Positions 47,321 through 55,454 of a stretch of 55,454 nt of DNA are shown one piece after another; within the stretch, counting starts at the first letter, position 1; each line of letters opens with the position of its first letter. Position numbers and translations under genes: made by a program. The stretch comes from Deltaproteobacteria bacterium (lineage in GTDB: Bacteria > Bdellovibrionota_C > UBA2361 > JANWWW01), in the NCBI GenBank assembly GCA_025055295.1, contig JANWWW010000002.1, positions 1 through 55,454 on the forward strand. The letters are read 5' to 3'. The notes under the pieces are model-generated. The model was not told the origin of the DNA. It worked only from the letters and a program-made list of their open reading frames with translations, and searched no databases.

Positions 47321-48559
47321 TTATCTCTTCAAATTTAAGGCTGTATCAATAGTTTCAGAGGTCGTTGACATAACTTTTGAATTTGCTGAAAATCCTTTTT
47401 GAAACAAAATAAGGTTAACGAACTCCTCGGCTAAATCAACATTAGAACGTTCAAGAGACCTGTTTTCAAATTCACAGGTAGTCGTTCCTAAGTAAGGATT
47501 GAGGATTTCAAATCCATTGATTGGTTCGAACATATTTTCCGAAACACGTATCAAGCTGTCTAGCGAGCTTGGCGAACCTACCGCAAGAAATGCTATATTC
47601 TGAGAAGAGCCGTTTTTGAAACGAACGCTAATCAATCCTTTGTCTTCGACGAAAACTTCAACTGGGCTTCCTCTTAGCTCCTGACCATCTGAGATATAAC
47701 TACTAACAGCTGAGATAGCGGCAAATTGAGTTGAACCCGAGAAGCTAAGGCTAAAATTCTGCGGATTTGCTCCCACCCAGTTTATAGCCATGTTTAACTG
47801 AGGAGTGCCAATTAAAATGCCTGATCCGTCAAACTGAAGCTGTGCTTGTCCAACTTGAACGGGAATACCCGCAGTCTGTCCCACTTGTTGCCCGTCTACG
47901 AACGCCCTAGCTTCCCATGTGTTAACTCCAGTTTTTTTAAAATAGATAAAAATTTGATTAGATTGTCCTAAAGAGTTCACTACCGAAACTGAAGCTGAAA
48001 AATCACTTTGAGATGCGATACTTTGAAAACTCGTAAAGGGTCCCACAAAAGGTCCTGAAGCAACTTTTGAGGCGTCAAGATTTAAAACAATATTTCCCGA
48101 TGAAGCAGCTTTTGGCGGCATTGACGCCGTTTTCAAATTGATGGGGCCTAATTGATCAAAATTAGGGCCTGAAAATCCTAAAACTCTTAGACCTGATGTT
48201 GTCACTAAAAAACCTTCCTCGTCTATCGAAAAGTTTCCAGCCCTTGTTAGGAATTGCTTTGTCCCGTCAGTAATCAGAAAAAAACCTTTGCCTTTAATCG
48301 CAAAATCAAGCTCCCTTTGTGTACCCTCTATGGCGCCGTCTGAAAAAATATTTCTTATCCGGCTGACATAACTTCCGTCGCCCGCGCTTAAAAAGGGACT
48401 TTGGCAGTACGAGTCGCTTACTAAACTTGTGAATTCCGCTCTCTGTTTTTTAAAACCGGGTGTGCTGAAATTTGATACATTGTCTCCTACTACCGATATG
48501 GCGTTTCCATGCGACAACAATCCCAACATGCTTGAAAAAAAGCAACTTTCGACTCTCAC
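47321..48559 (-). CDS. flgE: Flagellar hook protein FlgE
   Basis: GL...GNAISVVGDNVSN..TPGFK, LDFAI.G.GFF, TRAGNF..D.EG.LV...G..V.G, LE.SNVDLA.EFV.LI..Q..F.ANSKV..T..E......LKR. Confidence 0.9.
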   Translation of the reverse strand: MRVESCFFSSMLGLLSHGNAISVVGDNVSNFSTPGFKKQRAEFTSLVSDSYCQSPFLSAGDGSYVSRIRNIFSDGAIEGTQRELDFAIKGKGFFLITDGTKQFLTRAGNFSIDEEGFLVTTSGLRVLGFSGPNFDQLGPINLKTASMPPKAASSGNIVLNLDASKVASGPFVGPFTSFQSIASQSDFSASVSVVNSLGQSNQIFIYFKKTGVNTWEARAFVDGQQVGQTAGIPVQVGQAQLQFDGSGILIGTPQLNMAINWVGANPQNFSLSFSGSTQFAAISAVSSYISDGQELRGSPVEVFVEDKGLISVRFKNGSSQNIAFLAVGSPSSLDSLIRVSENMFEPINGFEILNPYLGTTTCEFENRSLERSNVDLAEEFVNLILFQKGFSANSKVMSTTSETIDTALNLKR

Positions 48560-48589
48560 AACGAAAATCTTTCCGTTTTTTAAGTGTGA

Positions 48590-50257
48590 TCAAAAATCGT
48601 GCCGGACTGAACGCACCAAATCAGTTTCACTTTTGGCCAGCAACTTAATACTGGTTTCAATGCAACTAGTGCCGATGTGGAATAGATAATCCAGAAGGGG
48701 AATTTTATGCTTATCAAAAAAGGAGTTGAGCCTTGCTACCGAACATGCTAGCACAAATAACCACATGGTGATCTCCGATACTCGTAACGATATCATTTGC
48801 TTTCCAACTATGTTTCCGGATTCCCTGACTGCGATCTTGCGAAAAAGCTGAAAAATGCCTTTTTGAAGTTTATTTAAATGCTGGACGTAACTTGCTAAAT
48901 CCTCGACAAAGACGCAATCAATCTTTGAGGTGGGGCCTAAAAAATAATTCGCCAAAAGACCAAAACCTTTTATTGGATCTTCGTAAAATTTTGATACGGA
49001 TCGTAAATTCTTAAACCTTTCGGCTAAAGCTTTGAAGCCGTTGAGAGCGATGAAAAGCCTTAAAATCTCATTCGATCCCTCAAAAATTCGATTTATCCTC
49101 GCGTCCCGCAAGAACCTTTCATACTCAAATTCTTTCATGTAACCGTTTCCACCAGCGATTTGTAAGGCTTCATCGCAAGCTTCCCAAAGACTTTCGGTTG
49201 CAAAAACCTTTAGAATTGCCGCCTCCATTGCGCAATCAGGGTAGTTTTGATCAATCATGTCGCTTACGACATCGATCATAGCCTCAACAGCAAAAATTTT
49301 TGCTTGCATCCGCGACAATTTCTCTTTGATTATGTCGAAATCAGTCAAGGGTTTCCCAAATTGGACCCTGGTGGTAGCGTGTTCCAAGGCCATACTGTAC
49401 ATTCGTTTCATCCCCCCAACAGCCCCACCTGCGAGTCCCGTTCGGCCATTATTGAGAATTGTCATAGCAACTTTAAATCCCCTGCCTTCCTCTCCTAACA
49501 GATTTTCCCGAGGGACCCTGACATTATCAAAATAAACCGATGCGGTTTTTGAAGCCCTGATACCCATTTTATCCTCAGGGAGACCAACTGAGACACCCTT
49601 AAATTCTTTCTCTACAATAAAGGCAGAAATTAAACCATTTTGACCATCAGTTCTCGCAAAAACAGTGAAAACATCCGCAAAGCAACTATTGGTAATCCAT
49701 ATCTTTTGACCATTAAGTATCCAAAAATTTTCATTCTTGATTGCCTTTGTTTCTATAGAGGCCGCATCGGAGCCAGCTTTTGGTTCAGTAAGGCAAAAAC
49801 ATGCAATTTTTTCTCCGCTGGCTAACTCAGGAAGATATCGTTTTTTCTGATCATGTGTTCCATACATTAAAATACCTCTTAAACCAATGGAACTATGCGC
49901 ACCTAGCATAACAGCCGTTGCGGGGTCAAACCAAGTTACAGTTTCTATTATCTTGCTGTAACCCCATGATGTCAGTCCAAGACCTCCGTATTCCTCTGGG
50001 ATGATTAATCCAAAAAGGCCCAGTTGTTTGATACCATCAAAAAAATCTTTCGAAAATTCGGCATTTTGATCAAACTGTCGAAACTGATCCTTGTACCGTC
50101 CCATAAATCCAGAAACTGAAGCTTGAAGATCTCTTACTAAGCTTGTCTCGTTTTCAGATCTTCGAGGATACTTGCATATCAAACGAGAAAGCATGTTATG
50201 GCCTGAAAAAAAATCTCTTACATAACTCGAATTGCTTTTATATTCTTTAACAGACAT
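48590..50257 (-). CDS. Acyl-CoA dehydrogenase (long ACAD9/VLCAD-like type)
   Basis: GLFGL.IPEEYGGLG, FCLTEP.AGSDAA, LNG.K.WITN, KMGIRAS.T, LN.GR, R.QFGKP, GG.GYM.E...ER..RDARI.RIFEG.NEI. ATG 50257 preferred. Confidence 0.95.
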   Translation of the reverse strand: MSVKEYKSNSSYVRDFFSGHNMLSRLICKYPRRSENETSLVRDLQASVSGFMGRYKDQFRQFDQNAEFSKDFFDGIKQLGLFGLIIPEEYGGLGLTSWGYSKIIETVTWFDPATAVMLGAHSSIGLRGILMYGTHDQKKRYLPELASGEKIACFCLTEPKAGSDAASIETKAIKNENFWILNGQKIWITNSCFADVFTVFARTDGQNGLISAFIVEKEFKGVSVGLPEDKMGIRASKTASVYFDNVRVPRENLLGEEGRGFKVAMTILNNGRTGLAGGAVGGMKRMYSMALEHATTRVQFGKPLTDFDIIKEKLSRMQAKIFAVEAMIDVVSDMIDQNYPDCAMEAAILKVFATESLWEACDEALQIAGGNGYMKEFEYERFLRDARINRIFEGSNEILRLFIALNGFKALAERFKNLRSVSKFYEDPIKGFGLLANYFLGPTSKIDCVFVEDLASYVQHLNKLQKGIFQLFRKIAVRESGNIVGKQMISLRVSEITMWLFVLACSVARLNSFFDKHKIPLLDYLFHIGTSCIETSIKLLAKSETDLVRSVRHDF

Positions 50258-50280
50258 TAGTAACAATATTTTCAAATGAA

Positions 50281-51900
50281 ATGAAAAAATTTCGTAGCCT
50301 CTTTTTCTTCGTCTTTGTTATCCTGGGTGAATGCGATGGAAAGATCATAAAATCGGTGAAAGTGTATGTGACTGACATATTTGTAGACTCTCAGATAGAA
50401 ATAATTAAGGGCATTTCCGCTGTAAAAGTTAATACTAAACCATCTCTCATAAAAGCTGTTTCCCCAGCTAAAGAGGGAATGATATGCACAACGTTACTTC
50501 TTAAGGAAACTGAACGAAAACTTAGAACACTAAACGTTTTCAAACGTGTCCATTTGAACTATAAAAGTTTATCGGATGGAATTGAGTTAGAGATCTATGT
50601 CACTGATAGCTGGACAATAACGCCGCGATTGCATCTTGACTCTCAAACATCCGAAATAAAAAATGTTGGCATTCAGGACAAAAACTTTCTTGGACTTCTT
50701 AAAAATGTGACTTTAAAAAGAACGGAAAAAGACGTTTACGATGAAATAGAAATATCCTATGATGATAAGGTATTTCTTAATTCGGATACTCGTTTTAACG
50801 TTGTTTATGGCGACAAGTCCGAGGGGTATAGATACGGTCTAAAGATTGACGATCAGGCTATAGAGTTGACTAAAGCTCGAGGATGGCTGATTGAGAGTAG
50901 CTTTTATGACACAATTTTTAAGAGAGTAAATCAGCCACAAACCTTATTCTCGAAACAATCTCGCGAGATTAAAGGCCAAGTTGAAGATCAAATTCAGATT
51001 AACGATTCAAGATGGATAAAATACTCATACGGGATAGAGTATTTGGATAAGTTGGTTGGTCATCACCCAGAATCATCTCGCTTACTTTTTGATGAAACTT
51101 ATTTGGGTCCTTTTGTACGGCTTTCAGTATTCGAGCCCAAGTTTAAAACTGTCGATTATTTCAACTTTTTTAATTATCTTGAAGACGTGGACTTGGGGCA
51201 GAATCTCAGCATTGAAATTTTTTATTCGCCGCAACTTAGCGCACTTTCAGAAGCTCTGGTTATTTCGTCTGCTTTGTCAAAAGGATACCCTTTTAATGAA
51301 ACTTCCCTCCTGTTCAATTCTGCCAGCTATCAGTTTAGGCTTGGTGAATTAACTGAGTTCGAAAATGCAGTTTTAGATCTTAAATCAACATTTTATCAGT
51401 ACATTAAGGATCCCATCACTAAGCTGCCGGGAAGCCTTGTGGCATGTCTTAACATGCTGGCTTCAAAAAGCCTTGATCCCGATAGAGAATTCTCGCTAGG
51501 AGGCGAAAAAGGCTTGCTTGGATTTAAAAACAACTCGTTAAGCGATGAGAATATTGTTTATTTCAAGATTGAATTAAGAAATACGTTGGCGGAAAACTTT
51601 AAAAATCTTTTCAGTGTAGGAAGCTCGTTATTCTTTGAGATCGGCAGTTCGGCCGAAAGGTTTAATGACATCACTGGAGACTTTTTGGCTGACTTTGGAA
51701 TAGGTTTAAGATTTTTCTTTCCAGATTTATCTCCTCCGAGGATTTTTAGATTGGATTTTGCGCTCCCTGTAACAGATGGTCCAGAGGTATCGGCTTTTCA
51801 AATTCGTTTAACAGCTAGTGAGGAAAAACCTATAACTCGATCTATTTTCGAAGAAAAAACATTGTTTGATCAATTTCGTGATTTAGGCTTGCTCGATTGA
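50281..51900 (+). CDS. Omp85/BamA-TamA superfamily outer-membrane protein (one POTRA-like domain plus barrel)
   Basis: Signal peptide; ERKLR.L..F..V POTRA-like motif; LGG..GL.GF, ELR, D.G.GLRF, R.D.A.P near the C-terminus. Confidence 0.75.
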   Translation: MKKFRSLFFFVFVILGECDGKIIKSVKVYVTDIFVDSQIEIIKGISAVKVNTKPSLIKAVSPAKEGMICTTLLLKETERKLRTLNVFKRVHLNYKSLSDGIELEIYVTDSWTITPRLHLDSQTSEIKNVGIQDKNFLGLLKNVTLKRTEKDVYDEIEISYDDKVFLNSDTRFNVVYGDKSEGYRYGLKIDDQAIELTKARGWLIESSFYDTIFKRVNQPQTLFSKQSREIKGQVEDQIQINDSRWIKYSYGIEYLDKLVGHHPESSRLLFDETYLGPFVRLSVFEPKFKTVDYFNFFNYLEDVDLGQNLSIEIFYSPQLSALSEALVISSALSKGYPFNETSLLFNSASYQFRLGELTEFENAVLDLKSTFYQYIKDPITKLPGSLVACLNMLASKSLDPDREFSLGGEKGLLGFKNNSLSDENIVYFKIELRNTLAENFKNLFSVGSSLFFEIGSSAERFNDITGDFLADFGIGLRFFFPDLSPPRIFRLDFALPVTDGPEVSAFQIRLTASEEKPITRSIFEEKTLFDQFRDLGLLD

Positions 51901-51947
51901 TGTTTAGAATAGAGAATGACACGATTAAGAAGTAAATAAAATTTTAA

Positions 51948-53564
51948 ATGAAAAATAGGGATTTTTTGTTACTTGTGCTAACCTTTCTGGTTTTAACTGG
52001 TCCATACGCATTTTTTGCCGATTTGCATACAAGAGGTGAAGGTAGAGAAGCTTTAAACTTTGAAAGCGCTTGCCGTGAGGATCCTCTGTGGCCTAAAAAT
52101 TATGACGATAAAAGGAGCTCCAAGCCTCCAATGTACTACTGGGTTGGGTGTCTCCTTAGTTTTGGCACGATTAACGAATTCACTATTCGCATTCCATCTC
52201 TCCTATCGGGGCTTTTATTGATTGCTTTGACCGTTTTGCTAGGCAACAAAAACCATAAGTCAAAAACGGGAATTCTAGCTGGATTTTTGTTACTAACCAG
52301 TCCGCAGTTTATCGCATCGTCGGAAACTGCTCGTCTTGACATGCTACATTCGTCTCTTTTAGCGATAAGTTGGATGTTGCTTATCAGTTGCTCTAGCGTA
52401 TGGGTTTACGTCATTTCCGCTTTATGCCTAGCCGGGAGCAGCTTAACTAAGGGGCCTGTGGCGATTATTCTTTCAATTCTTGTTTTCGGTGTTCATTTTC
52501 TGATACACAAGGATCTTCGGAAATTTCTCGCTTTTCTTGCTGTTATTTTAACAGCCGGTCTCATGGCCGGGATCTGGTACATTTTGGTTATTGGCAAGTA
52601 TGGAGAGGAATTTATAAAGATCTTTTTTTCCGAAAACATAGCGAGATATCTTTCAGAGGACGTGCCCCACAACAAACCTTTCTACGAGTTCTTAATGTTA
52701 TATTTGCTCAGTCTTGGCCCTGTTGTACTGTTAAGTTGGCTCTCGAAAGTCATAGTTTACTGGCGGCATATCCCCATGCATTTGCGTGTTTTAGTTCGTG
52801 ATATTATCGAACAATTACGAAAGGAACCTTTCTTTGCTTTTTTGATTATTGCATCCATCATACCTGTTGCTTTCTTTTGCTTTTCTTCGGGTAAAAGAGT
52901 TCCGTATGCATTGGTCAGTTTCCCGTTTATCGCGATACTGACAGGGATTTCTTTAGCCAAATTTTCTCGGGAAGAAAAGATTGTTTACTACAAATTGTTT
53001 CACGTTACCTTTATTGCTTTTATGTCGGGATTAGTTGGAGCGGCCTTGTTTGGAGGGTTATACGCTAGTTTTAGTGACGATTACTTTCTTAAGAAGCATA
53101 TGTACTTGTTTTTACTTAGTTTCATTTTTGCTGCGTTAATTCTTATCGTACACCAAAGACTTAGGTATATTAACATTTTTAACCCCTTTTCAGGTTTTAC
53201 TCGCTCTTCGATAACGGTCACAATTTTATCGTTTTTTTTGTTTAACACCGTAATCGGTACTATGCTTGCCGACGCTTTATCACATAAAAAGTTAGCAAGT
53301 TGGTTAAAAAGAATTAACGATCAAAATATCCCAATTTATTCGTTTCAGTACCAATTTTACGCCACAGATTTCTATCACGAACAGAAAATTGAAACCTACA
53401 ATGCTTCAGCCAAACCTCCGTATTTTTTACTCGTTCCAAGCACCAAGCTCGACAAGCTAATCGATATTTTTAAGTACACCAACAAAATGCCTATCCCACA
53501 TGCGAATTATCAAGGCAGAGTGGATAAACTATGGCTTAGAGTTTTTCTATACAAAATTGAGTAA
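51948..53564 (+). CDS. ArnT-like / GT39 lipid-linked glycosyltransferase
   Basis: E.R......E, SKPP.YYW, E...R.PS, AR.DM, L.KGP, H..PFY, S.K...Y. Confidence 0.85.
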   Translation: MKNRDFLLLVLTFLVLTGPYAFFADLHTRGEGREALNFESACREDPLWPKNYDDKRSSKPPMYYWVGCLLSFGTINEFTIRIPSLLSGLLLIALTVLLGNKNHKSKTGILAGFLLLTSPQFIASSETARLDMLHSSLLAISWMLLISCSSVWVYVISALCLAGSSLTKGPVAIILSILVFGVHFLIHKDLRKFLAFLAVILTAGLMAGIWYILVIGKYGEEFIKIFFSENIARYLSEDVPHNKPFYEFLMLYLLSLGPVVLLSWLSKVIVYWRHIPMHLRVLVRDIIEQLRKEPFFAFLIIASIIPVAFFCFSSGKRVPYALVSFPFIAILTGISLAKFSREEKIVYYKLFHVTFIAFMSGLVGAALFGGLYASFSDDYFLKKHMYLFLLSFIFAALILIVHQRLRYINIFNPFSGFTRSSITVTILSFFLFNTVIGTMLADALSHKKLASWLKRINDQNIPIYSFQYQFYATDFYHEQKIETYNASAKPPYFLLVPSTKLDKLIDIFKYTNKMPIPHANYQGRVDKLWLRVFLYKIE

Positions 53565-53569
53565 CAAAG

Positions 53570-54322
53570 GTGGAAATAGCATCGGGCATAATTCTTGGTC
53601 TTGTTGAGGGCTTCACAGAATTCATTCCGGTCTCATCAACCGCTCATCTTATACTAGTGAGCAAGCTGCTTGGCCTGAAAAATGAAATTCTAATTGTAAA
53701 CTCAATCGTCGTACAGGCAGCAAGTGTGCTTGCTCTCATCTTTTTTTTCTGGAAGCAGGATGAGAAGTTATCAAATTTTTTAAAAAAAAAGTTTTTATCT
53801 CAATCCTTACTCTGTGTACTGATTTTTGTTGTCCTAGCTTTACTTTTTGAGGAAATTATTAAAATTTACCTCTTTTCTCTCAAAGGCATCGTTGCAGGTT
53901 TAGTATTAGGCACGCTTCTTTTGATTGGAGGCGTGCTATCTCAGACAAAAAGCTCCAATTTCGGTACAATTACGGCGATTTTTATTGGATTTGTTCAGTC
54001 TCTTGCACTTATACCCGGTGTAAGCAGATCAGGGGCGGTTATTGCCGCAGCTTTAATGTGCGGAATGCACCTCCGGGAAGCGGTAAAGTTTTCTTTTTTT
54101 CAAGCCCTAATATTGCTGTCTGCCGCCGCATTTTATGAATGTTGTAAAAGTTTTTCAGTAATTCAAGATAATCTTGTTTTAGTCTTAAGTTCATTTTCAT
54201 CGGCGTTATTTTCAAGTTATTTAGCGCTGGGCATCTTGTATTCACTGCCGAACAAAAGATTTTTTTATATTTTTATTGGATATAGAATTTTTCTTATTAT
54301 TTTCCTTGTCAACTTTCTATGA
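53570..54322 (+). CDS. uppP: Undecaprenyl-diphosphate phosphatase (BacA)
   Basis: G.VEG.TEFIPVSSTAH, Q.LALIPGVSRSG, FSF. Confidence 0.93.
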   Translation: MEIASGIILGLVEGFTEFIPVSSTAHLILVSKLLGLKNEILIVNSIVVQAASVLALIFFFWKQDEKLSNFLKKKFLSQSLLCVLIFVVLALLFEEIIKIYLFSLKGIVAGLVLGTLLLIGGVLSQTKSSNFGTITAIFIGFVQSLALIPGVSRSGAVIAAALMCGMHLREAVKFSFFQALILLSAAAFYECCKSFSVIQDNLVLVLSSFSSALFSSYLALGILYSLPNKRFFYIFIGYRIFLIIFLVNFL

Positions 54323-55454
54323 ACATATTGGTTGCTGATGATGACATCGCGTATTTAATTGCTCTTAAATCGGCGCTCCAAAATTCGTTCCCAGATCACA
54401 ACATTATCTCTGTAGACGACCCAGTGAAGGCACTTTCTTTAGTAAACAGCAGTAAATTTGAAATAGCGGTAATCGACATGTCCTTCGGGGACGGTTTTGA
54501 AACTCATGGATTGGTGCTTCTCAAAAATCTCGTTAAAAACGATCCCATTTCTAGAGTGATAGTTGTGACTGGACATACAGGAAAAGAGATAGGTTGGAAA
54601 GCTTTGCGGGAGGGCGCTCATTCGTTTATAAACAAACCTTTTGAGATTGATCACTTAATCATTCTTTTGAAGGATGCTATAAATCAGTATGAAATAAGAT
54701 CTCAAGCTTCAATCTTAGAAGAAGTTTTGAGCGGGTTCTTTTTCGTGTTTGGTGTCTCCGAAGCTGGACTTCTTCTCAAAAAACAAGCTTATTTTGCGGC
54801 TGAAAATGATCTTCCGGTGCTCCTCTATGGAGAAGTAGGAACGGGTAAAACAACACTGGCTAAATTGATACACACATTGCATACGAAACGAAGGAAAGGC
54901 AGATTTGCTGTGTTCACCCCGGGCATCGTTAACGAGGAAATGCTTTTTTCGGAACTTTTTGGGGCAAAAAAAGGCGCATACACAGGTTTGAACGAAACTA
55001 GAGTTGGTGTTCTTGAATTGGCTCATGGTGGAACCTTATTTATTGATGAGGTTGGAGAGTTGACCAACTCTTGCCAGGTTATGTTATTAAGAGCGTTGGA
55101 AGAAAAAGTTTATCGTCCACTAGGTTCGACTGAGGAAAAAGTTAGTGATTTCAGGCTCATCTCGGCAACAAACATAGATGTAAGTCAGTTAGTCGATAAA
55201 AAGCTTTTAAGAGAAGATTTTTTTTCCAGAATTTCAAGCGTCGTTATCAAAGTCCCGAGCCTTGAACAAAGAAAAACAGACATACCAATTTTAGCAAGAG
55301 CCATATTGGACAGACTTTCAAGAGAGCAAGACTTGCCACCTTTAGAAATTTCCGAAAGCGTTGAAGAAGTCTTGATAAAAAGAGGCTGGAAAGCGAATAT
55401 ACGTGAATTATACCATACGCTTGAAAGGGCCGCTCATCTTGCAGCCTTTGAGGG
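54319..55454 (+). CDS. NtrC-family response regulator (receiver plus sigma54-activator AAA+ domain); runs off the right edge
   Basis: Not in the ORF track. ATG overlaps the uppP stop (ATGA) and the frame is open to the window end. ILVADDD, IDM, VTG, KP (receiver); GEVGTGKT, ELFG.KKGAYTGL, GGTLFIDEVGEL, ISATN, RED, NIREL. Confidence 0.92.
   Translation, partial: MNILVADDDIAYLIALKSALQNSFPDHNIISVDDPVKALSLVNSSKFEIAVIDMSFGDGFETHGLVLLKNLVKNDPISRVIVVTGHTGKEIGWKALREGAHSFINKPFEIDHLIILLKDAINQYEIRSQASILEEVLSGFFFVFGVSEAGLLLKKQAYFAAENDLPVLLYGEVGTGKTTLAKLIHTLHTKRRKGRFAVFTPGIVNEEMLFSELFGAKKGAYTGLNETRVGVLELAHGGTLFIDEVGELTNSCQVMLLRALEEKVYRPLGSTEEKVSDFRLISATNIDVSQLVDKKLLREDFFSRISSVVIKVPSLEQRKTDIPILARAILDRLSREQDLPPLEISESVEEVLIKRGWKANIRELYHTLERAAHLAAFE

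Overview
About 55 kb of AT-rich, gene-dense chromosome from a diderm bacterium. The gene content (lpxD, tatBC, DUF1844, DUF2079, NtrC-type regulator, Tad-like genes) resembles a deltaproteobacterial/Bdellovibrionota-type lineage, but that is inference only. Most of the window is housekeeping: folD-gcvT, galE, pyrH-frr-uppS-cdsA-rseP, rocD, ahcY, murC-murB-ftsQ-like-ftsA-like-ftsZ, tatBC-lpxD, lon, acyl-CoA carboxylase parts, Leu dehydrogenase, acyl-CoA dehydrogenase and uppP. Four CDSs are missing from the ORF track: a Tat-signal DUF1501 gene running off the left edge, an NtrC-type regulator running off the right edge, a 44-aa TadE/Flp-like pilin and a 52-aa acyl-CoA-carboxylase small-subunit-like ORF. 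The main oddities are (1) a dispersed family of ~118-bp MITE-like elements, one intact with 15-bp TIRs and a 5-bp TSD and several decayed copies of the same length; (2) a 201-aa FtsA-like remnant in the ftsA slot; (3) a very diverged imuA-imuB pair with no adjacent dnaE2; (4) a CoxD-type MoxR ATPase with no VWA partner, heading a Tad-like locus; (5) an orphan flgE; (6) many lipid-linked (GT-C) glycosylation genes, including a flippase-like/beta-propeller fusion; (7) very short divergent intergenic gaps and near-leaderless promoters. No tRNA, rRNA, CRISPR array or intact transposase was seen. All family assignments come from motif recognition by eye; no database search was run.
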